DNA from: Candidatus Eiseniibacteriota bacterium
GTDB taxonomy: Bacteria; Eisenbacteria; RBG-16-71-46
DNA length: 64,000 nucleotides
NCBI GenBank assembly: GCA_963725865.1
Contig: CAVSAC010000014.1
Coordinates: forward strand, 1,216,001-1,280,000
Direction: 5' to 3'
Within the stretch, counting starts at the first letter, position 1, and each line of letters starts with the position of its first letter. A program made the position numbers and the translations under genes. This document shows positions 55,494 to 64,000 of this stretch, one piece after another. Under the pieces are notes generated by a model. That model made no database searches. It worked only from the letters and a program-made list of their open reading frames with translations, and was not told where the DNA came from.

Positions 55494-55570
55494 GCGGCGC
55501 AGGATAGCAGAGCCACGGCGGGCGGCCCGTGCGGGCGCCGCCCATGGGCCTCTGAGTACGAGCGGAGCTG

Positions 55571-57887
55571 CTACTTCAGCAGGATCACGTGCTTCACGCT
55601 CTCGAAGCCGCGGCTGGCGAAGCGCACGCGCGCGAAGTAGACGCCGGTGGCGAGCGCGCGCCCGTCGTCGTCGCGGCCGTCCCAGACGAGACGGTGCGTG
55701 CCGGCCTCGAAGCGCCGGTCGGCGAGCGTGCGCACGACACGGCCGCTCACGTCGTAGAGCTTGACCTGGACGCGGTCGGCGGCGACCAGCCCGATCTCCA
55801 CCAGGGTGACACCGGTGCGCATCGGGTTGTTGACGAGGCGGAGGTAGTCGGCGAGCGGAGTCGCCGGCACATCCGGGCAGTGCAGGCGGGGGGCCAGAGC
55901 GCAACGACGGTGCAGAAAGCGCCGAACATGATGAGGAGATCGTAGACGAAGCCGATCGCCCGATCGGGTTGACGCCGAAGTGCGACATGATCCGTTGGAG
56001 GCCCAGTCCGTAGCTCGCCGCGACCCACGGGACGCTCCGCCGTCACGCGCTTGATGCACCCCGGCGGGGAACGACGTCGCGCCGATCGACTCGTACTCCA
56101 CCATGGTGTGGGCCTCGGCGACGGCGGGATTGAGGATCAGCACGTCGAGGGTCGCGGTGCAGGGACTGAGCGCCCCAGTAGATCGACTGGAGGTAGTTGA
56201 GTCCGGGCTCGGCGCAGGTCCACGACTTCGTCGAAGTTCGCCGCCAGCGATCGGTACGACTGGAAGTAGAAGTCGAACCCCAGGTAGTCGGTGAGGAACA
56301 GCTCCTGCTCGAGGCTGGTGTTCCAGGCGGACTCCGCGAACCCGTCGCCGAGGATCAGCAGACCGCGGGGAGCGCCCAGAGTGGAGGCGAGCAGCCAGTT
56401 CTGGAGCAGCGTGACGTCGTCCGCCGACTGGTCGTCGAACGGGCCGATCACGCCGCGGCTCAGGTCGCCGCTCAGCAGCACGATCACCTTGTAGTAGACG
56501 TCGAGCATCTCGGGCGTGGGAGCGATCCGCGCGTACTTGCCATGGACCAGGTTGAGCGGCGAGGGATCGGTATACCCCAGCCGACTCCGCCAGGCTGCCC
56601 GCGCGTCCCAACTGATCCTCACCGGCCTTCACCTGATAGAGGTCCCACGTGCTGCCCGGTTGTCCGCCGTGCGAGCTGACGTAGTAGGCGGGCGTGTTGA
56701 GGTTGACTCCGCCGGGCACGCCACCCCACCCGTTGTGCGCGCCGCGCCGCGAGGCGCTGGTCGCCCCGATCGTGTCGGCGATCGAGACCCACGCGAGCTC
56801 GTCGCCGCGGCGGTCCGCGAGGTCGACCACCAGCGCGCACGCCATCGCGGATCCCGGAGAGAAGTGGCCGTCCTTCCAGCGATCCGGCAGCACGCCGAAC
56901 TGCTGCCAGCGGTGCGCATCGAACGAGCCCTCGCCGTTCTGGGGCCAGACCACGTTGGTGTCGGGGCACATCCGGCGCATGGTCGCCGGAGTGGAGGCGA
57001 TCGAGCCGCGGTAGAAGTACTCGACATGGGCCCCCGGCGTGAGCAGGCCGTCGGGGAGGATCTTGGTCCCCTCGACCGTCAGCGGATCGCCGTCATAGCC
57101 GGCGCGCACCGGATCGGCGAGCACCCAGGCGGGGACACTCGAACACGTGATGTTGGTGGCGTCCGCGGGACCGAGCGTGTCGATCAGGAAGCACTCGCGG
57201 CGCGGGATGCCGAGGATCGCCAGGTGCGGATCGCTCTCGTGATAGGCGCTCATCCAGCGCGCGGGGTCGATGCCGGCATCCGCGCCCATCGCGTCGACCG
57301 GAAACAGGTTCATCTGCGCGGTGTCGCAGCGGGCACTCATCCACACGTTGGGGTTCCAGCCGCCGGGCCACGCGGCATTCAGCGCGCTGGCGCCCGGAGT
57401 GGCGAACTCGCCGGGCATCGCGAGCCAGGTGCCCCACCACGAGCCGTCGCCGGGGCTCACCGCGGTGGTGGCGGTCGGCAGGCGGCGCAGGCCGCTCGCT
57501 GGCATGCCGACCATGACGTAGTTGCCGGGTCCGGGCTTGATGCGGAACACCAGATCGAGTCGCACGTCCGAGCCCGAGGCGCACGCCACGATGGTGTCGC
57601 CGGGTACGTCGAAGCGCATCCCGTCGCCCGTCATCTGGGCGATGTTGAGCCCGCTGACCACCAGCGCGGAGGTGGTATCGAACGCCGCGGTGCCGGGCAG
57701 GCCGGTGGTCTCGTTGAACGGGAACGCGTCCTGGAACCACTGCGCGATGTCGACCGAGATGCGCGCCAGGTCGGAAGCTGACGGCCGGCGCGGCGCCGAC
57801 GGCGGGCGGCGATCGCGAGCGCGAGGCTCACGAGCGCGCACGACAGGACACGGGCGAAGCGTCGGCGAACGAACGAGCGTGCGGCAC
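55571..57887 (-). CDS. Secreted FlgD-tail protein, short paralog C (frameshifted)
   Basis: SD plus GTG, signal-like RRFARVLSCALVSLALAIAA, then ISVDIAQWFQDAFP...; ends SVKHVILLK*. Confidence 0.7.
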
Positions 57888-57951
57888 TGGATCCACCTCT
57901 CCGAGGTGATGGGTCCGCGAGGCGTGGCTCACGCCGGGCGGGCGGATCCCT

Positions 57952-60287
57952 CTATCTCAGGACGATCACCTTCTTGGTGGTCTCGAAACCACGGCTGGCA
58001 TAGCGCACGCGCACGAAGTACACGCCGGTGGCGCGCACGCGCCCGTCGTCGTCGCGGCCGTCCCACACGAGCCGGTGCGTGCCGGCCTCGAAGCGCCGGT
58101 CGGCGAGCGTGCGCACCACGCGGCCCGCTCACGTCGTAGCAGCTTGGCCTCGACGCGGTCGGCGGCGATCAGGCCGATCTCCACCAGCGTGACGCCCGCG
58201 CGCAGCGGGTTGTTGACGAGGCGGACGAAGTCGGCGAGCGGTGTCGCCGGCACGTCGCGGGGAAGAGTCCGGAGAGCCACGCACGGTAGCAGAACGCGCC
58301 GAACTCGCGAAGGAGATCGTAGGCGAACGCCGATCGCCCCAGCGTGCTCAACGCCGAAGCGCGAGACGATCCGTTGGAGGCCCAGTCCGTACGTCGCCGC
58401 GACCCACGGACGATCCGCCGTCGACGCGCTTGAGCACCCCGGCGGGGAAGCTGGTCGCCCCTACCGACTGGTATCCGGCCGTCACGCGAGCCTCCCCGAT
58501 GGCGGGATTGAGGATCAGCACGTCGAGGGTAGCGGTGCAAGGACTGAGCGCCCCGATCGTGGGGTTGAACGGTGGTCCGGAGTTCCAGGTCACGTTGAGG
58601 TCCACGACGTCGTTGAAGTTCTGCGCCAGCGATCGGTACGACTGGAAGTAGAAGTCGTAGCCCAGGTAGTCGGTGAGGAACAGCTCCTGCTCGAGGCTGG
58701 TGTTCCAGGCGGACTCCGCGAATCCGTCGCCCAGGATCGCGATGCCGCGGGGAGCGCTAAGAGTGGCGCCGAGCAGCCAGTTCTCGAGCAGCGTGACCTC
58801 ATCCGCGGACTGGTCGGGGAACGGGCCGAGCACGGCCGTGCTCAGGTCGGCGCTGAGCAGGATCAGCACCTTGTAATAGGCGTCGAGCATCTCCGACGTG
58901 GGAGCGATGCGCGCGTACTTGCCATGCACCAGGTTGAGCGGCGAGGGATCGCGATAAGCAAGGCGCCCGCCGAGGCTGCCCGAGCGCCCCCAGGGGTCCT
59001 CGCCGGCCTTCACCTGATAAAGGTCCCAGGTCGAGCCCGGTTGTCCGCCGTGCGAGCCGACGTAGTAGGCGGGTGTGTTGAGGCTGACTCCGCTCGGCAC
59101 GCCGCCCCACCCATTGTGCGCGCCACGCCGGCTCGACATGGTCGCGCCGATGGTGTCGGCAATGCCGATCCACGCCGTTTCGTCGCCCCGCCGGTCGGCG
59201 AGGTCGACCACCAGCGCGCACGCCGGTGCCGACAGCGGAGAGAACAGGCCGTCCTTCCAGCGGTCGGGCAGCACGCCGAACTGCTGCCAGCGATGCGCGT
59301 CGAACGAGCCCTCGCCGTTCTGCGGCCACACCACGTTGGTGTCGGGGCACATCCGGCGCATGGTCGCCGGAGTGGAGGCGAGCGAGCCGCGGTAGAAGTA
59401 CTCGACATGGGCCCCCGGCGTGAGCAAGCCGTCCGGGATGATCTTGGTCCCCTCGACCGTCATCGGATCGCCGTCATAGCCGGCGCGCACCGGATCGGCG
59501 AGCACCCACGCAGGGACGCTCGAGCACGTGATGTTGGTGGCGTCGGCAGGGCCCAGGGTGTCGATCAGGAAGCACTCGTGGCGCGGGATCCCGAGGATCG
59601 CCAGGTGCGGATCGCTCTCGTGGTACGCGCTCATCCACCGCGCGGGATCGATGCCGGCATCGACGCCCGCGCTCGACCGGAAACAGGTTCATCTGCGCGG
59701 TGTCGCAGCGGGCGCTCATCCACACGTTCGGGTTCCAGCCGCCGGGCCACGCGGCGTGCAGTGCTGCCGCGCCTGGCGTGGCGAATTCGCCGGGCAGCGC
59801 GCACCAGGTGCCCCACCACGAGCCATCGCCGGGGCTCACCGCGGTGGTCGCGGTGGGCAGTCGGCGCAGACCGCTGACCCGGATGCCGACGGTGACATAG
59901 TTGCCGGGCCCAGGCTTGATGCGGAACACCAGGTCCATGCGCACGTCGGAGCCCGATTCGCACGCCACGATGGTGTCGCCGGGCACGTCGAAGCGCGTGG
60001 CCGTCTCCGGTCATCTGCGCGATGTTGAGGCCGCTGACCACCAGCGCGGAGGTGGTGTCGAATGCCGCGGTGCCGGGCAGGCCGGAGGTCTCGTTGAACG
60101 GGAACGCGTCCTGGAACCACTGCGAGATGTCGACCGAGATGCTCGCCGGTGGCGGAGGTGCCGGCGAGCGCGGCGCTCGATGGGCCGGGGCGGGCGATCG
60201 GGAGGCGCGCGAGGGTGGGGAGCGCGGACGTCATCGCATCGGGCACGGACGGCGGACAATGATCAGGTGCGGATCATGTGGGCTCAT
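57952..60287 (-). CDS. Secreted FlgD-tail protein, short paralog B (frameshifted)
   Basis: GGAGGA plus ATG; ISVDISQWFQDAFP core; ends TTKKVIVLR*. Confidence 0.68.
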
Positions 60288-60349
60288 GCTTTCCTCCGAA
60301 GGGCGACCGGTCCCCGTGCGCGGGGCTCACGCCGGGCGGGCGGATCCCT

Positions 60350-63300
60350 CTATCTCAGGACGATCACCTTCTTCGTGCTCTCGAAGCCACGGCTGGCAAG
60401 CGCAAGCGCGCGAAGTAGACACCACCGCGAGCGCACGCCCGTCGTCGTCGCGGCCGTCCCAGGCGAGCCGGTGCGTGCCGGCCGCGAAGTTGCGGTCGGC
60501 GAGCGTGCGCACCACCGACCCGCCACGTCGAGCACCCGCACCTCGACGCGGTCGGCGGCCACCAGGCCGATCTCGACGGTCGCTGACGCCCGCGCGCAGC
60601 GGGTTATTGGCAAGGCGCGCGAAGTCGGCGGTGGGCGTGGCCGGCCCGACCGGGACCGCGGAGGTCCAGCACGAGGGCCCATGCACGCTGCAGAACGCGC
60701 CAAACACGTTCACGAGGTTGTACATGAATGCCGTCCGTCCCAGCGTGCTCATGCCGTAGCGCGAGGTGGGCCGCTGCACGCCGAACCCGAACGTCACTGC
60801 CACCCACGGGCGGGCGGCGGTTGACTTCTTGAGCACGCCGGCGATGTACGGCGTGCCGGGTGATCCGTACCACGCCATCGCGCTCGCCTCGGCCAGCGCG
60901 GGATTGAGGACCAGCACATCCAGGGACGCCGAGGGAGGATCGAGGACTCCATAGATGTCGCCCGTCGGCACGATGTCCGTGCTCACGCGCAGGTCGGGGG
61001 CGGCCGTGATGTCGCCCGTGAGCTTGCGATACGACTCGTGGTGAAAATCGAGCCCCAGGTAGTCGGTGAGGAAGATCTCCTGCTCGAGGCTGGTGTTCCA
61101 CGCGGACTCGGCGAACCCGTCGCCGAAGATCGCGATGCCGCGGGGAGCACCAAGAGTGGCGGCGAGCAGCCAGTTCTGCAGCAGCGTGACCTCGTCCGCG
61201 GACTGGTCGTCGAGCGGGCCGATCACACCTTGGCTCAGGTCGCCGCTCAGCAGCACGATCACCTTGTAGTAGACGTCGAGCATCTCGGGCGTGGGGGCGA
61301 TCCGTGCGTACTTGCCATGGACCCGATTGAGCGGCGAGGGATCGGTATAGCCCAGCCGACTCCCCAGGCTGCCCGAGCGGCGCAGCGGATCCTCGCCGGC
61401 CTTCACCTGGTAGAAGTCCCAGGTCGAGCCCGGCTGTCCACCGTGCGCGGAGACGAAGCAGCTCGGGTCGTTCGGATCCACACCGCGGGGCGCCGCCCAG
61501 CCATTGTGAGCACCGCGACGGGAAGGGTAGGTCTCGCAGATCGAGTCGGCGATCGAGACCCATGCCAGCTCGTCCCCGCGCCGGTCCGCGAGGTCGACGA
61601 CGAGCTTGCATGCCCTCGACGATCCCGGGGTGAAGTTCCCGTCCTTCCACCGATCGGGCAGTACACCGAACTGCTGCCAGCGGTGCGCATCGAGCGAGGC
61701 CTCGCCCGGCTGCGGCCAGACGAGGTTGGTGTCCGGACACATCGCCGTCATCACCGCGGGGCTCGTCGCGTCACTACGCCGCCAGAAGTACTCGACGTGC
61801 GAGCCCGGCGTGAGCAGGCCGTCGGGAATCACCTTGGTCCCCTCGACCGTCATCGGATCGCTGTCGTAGCCGGCGCGCGCCGGATCGGCGAGCACCCACG
61901 CAGGGACGCTGGCGCACGTGATGTTGGTGGCATCCGCCGGCCCCAGCGTGTCGATCAGGAAGCACTCGTGGCGCGGGATGCCGAGGATCGCCAGGTGCGG
62001 ATCGCTCTCGTGGTACGCGCTCATCCACCGCGCCGGGTCGATCCGGGCATTGACGCCCGCCGCCTCGACCGGGAACAGGTTGATCTGCGCGGTGTCGCAG
62101 CGGGCGCTCATCCACACGTTCGGGTTCCAGCCACCCGGCCATGCGGCGTGCAGCGCGCTGCCGCCCGGAGTGGCGAACTCGCCGGGCAGCGCGCGCCAGG
62201 TGCCCCACCACGAGCCGTCGCCGGGGCTCACCGCGGCGGTTGCGGTGGGCACGCGGCGCAGGCCGCTCGACGCCGTGCCGACGGTGACGTAGTTGCCGGG
62301 GCCAGGCTTGATGCGGAACACCAGGTCCATGCGCACGTCGGATCCCGCGGCGTTCGCCACGATGGTGTCGCCGGGCACGTCGTAGCGGTACTGGTTCCGG
62401 GTGGCCTGCGCGATGTTGAGCCCGCTGACCACCAGCGCGGAGGTGGTGTCGAACGCCGCGGTGCCGGGCAGGCCGGCGGTCTCGTTGAAGGGGAACGCGT
62501 CCTGGAACCAGTCCCAGATGCTCACCGAGATCGGCGACGTGGGCCCGTCGACGATGCCGAACGCGATGTTGTCGAAGTAGGCACCATCGGTGGACTGGGT
62601 GACCGAGACTCCGAATCGATAGGTCTGCTGCACGCGCCGGATGCTGACGCGCACCGAGTCGGGGACGCCGCTGGCGTTCGAGGTGCTCATGCCGAGCTTC
62701 AGGGACTCGGTGTGGCGCGTGCAGATCGTCGCGCTGTCCCACAGCAGCCATGGCGGATAGGGATGATCTGATCCGACCACGTCGGGGTGCCGTCGGCCTG
62801 CAGGACCGGATACGTCTGGATCGCCAAGATCCACGCGTCTCCCTGGTTGAAGACGTCGAGCACGCCCGCGTACACGTCGTAGGACAGGACGTAGTCGGCG
62901 GTGCCGGTCGCTTCCTCCTGCGTGAGGTCCCAGCCGTTGTCCACGCCCGGCGACGACTCGAGGCAGATGGTCGGCGTCGAGATCACGAAGTTCCCGTTCG
63001 CGTCCGCAGTGAGCGGAGCGGTGCCGGCGGCCTCGCCGTTGTCGTGGTCACCCATCGATACCACCGCGCCGCCCATGTCGCAGGCGCACGAGCTCGATCC
63101 CGGCGATCCACACCACACGTCCTGCCAGGTGAGCGAGGCGAGCGCGTGCACGTGCGAGAACGGCGTCGGCGGCTTGCCGGTCGAGCGCCACGCGGCACTC
63201 GCCGGCTGCAGGTTGTCGATGTCCTTCGAGGGATCTCCGCCCTCGAAGTCGCCGAGCGTCGACGGGCCGCTGCCCGCGTCCACCACCACGTCGTCCACCT

Positions 63301-64000
63301 GCGCCGCGCCGCGGCCATTCGAGGTGTAGGTGGCAAGACCGCTCTCGTCACTCGTGCCGACGTTGGTGTGCACGCGGAACACCACGCGCAGCGACGAACT
63401 CCCGCTCGCGGCGATGAACGCGTCCTTCTCGGCCTTGCTGACCACCACCGTCACCTGGCCGCTGTCGGCGCCCGCGCGGCCGAACTTCCAGGCCCGCGCA
63501 TCGCGCCGCAGCACCTCGTTGAACCAGCGCCGCAGCGGGTCGTAGATCGGGCGCACGAGGTTGTCGCTGGCCTTCCAGGTGCCCTCGACCGGCGCGCCCA
63601 CGTAGACCTGGAACGAGTCCACCGGGGCCTGCGAGTTGGTTGGGGTGCCCGCCTCGGCGGAGATGAAGTTGCCGGGCGTGACCGTGTTCACCGTGAGCGG
63701 ATCGCCCTCGAACCAGCCGGTGCGGGTCGCCGCCGTCGTGCCGTGCCCCGTCGACATCTGGGTGCGATAGCGGAACGTGATCCGCACGCCGGAGTCCGCG
63801 GGCGCCGCGCTCAGGTCGATGTCGCGATAGAGCATCTGGTCCATCTGCTGCCCGTAGCCCGGCAGCAGCTTGTTGGTCGTGGAGCCGTTGAGCGCCGAGC
63901 CGTTGAACTGGAGCAGGTCGGCGTTGAACGGATTGCCGGTGACCGGGTCGATCGCGGTCAGGTCGCCGTGGCGGCGCATGCCCATCCACGCCGAGCGGCT
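60350..64000 (-). CDS. Large secreted FlgD-tail protein, long paralog A (5' end outside window, frameshifted)
   Basis: ORFs 62699..63985, 60327..62834 and 60350..60703 join; ISVSIWDWFQDAFP core; ends STKKVIVLR*. Confidence 0.75.

Noticed and set aside
55571..62540. Diversity-generating retroelement TR/VR
   Set aside because: No reverse transcriptase in the window; the repeats are kb-scale and the differences are not adenine-specific.

Overview
High-GC bacterial window. Seven secreted proteins carry a T9SS/FlgD-Ig-like C-terminal tail, which points to an FCB-related lineage such as Ca. Eisenbacteria (inference). Contents in order: (1) a clade II nitrous oxide reductase operon (hemerythrin-cyt c-nosZ-nosB-nosD-nosF-nosL-cupredoxin-nosY) divergent from a Cys-poor Crp/Fnr regulator, with two FNR-like palindromes between them. 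(2) A MacAB/YknXYZ-type ABC exporter, a ferredoxin and an HD protein. (3) A kelch-repeat gene bracketed by a 100-bp duplication of the HD gene 3' end. (4) An ECF sigma/anti-sigma pair and a large FG-GAP protein. (5) A mutagenesis cassette (small ImuB-C-like gene, catalytically intact dinB, VOC gene, dnaE2) whose sigma70 promoter spacer is filled by a TGCAC-N4-GTGCA palindrome matching the Fibrobacter LexA box. (6) Housekeeping genes (HU, lysC, MprF-like, CapA, amidohydrolase, GlcF). (7) A 1.7-kb anomalous insert with an ISNCY transposase remnant that splits the 5' end of ycaQ. (8) A tandem trio of mosaic paralogous secreted proteins. Many genes have single-base frameshifts, probably assembly errors, so several long ORFs in the supplied track are chimeric. 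No rRNA, tRNA or CRISPR array was seen.
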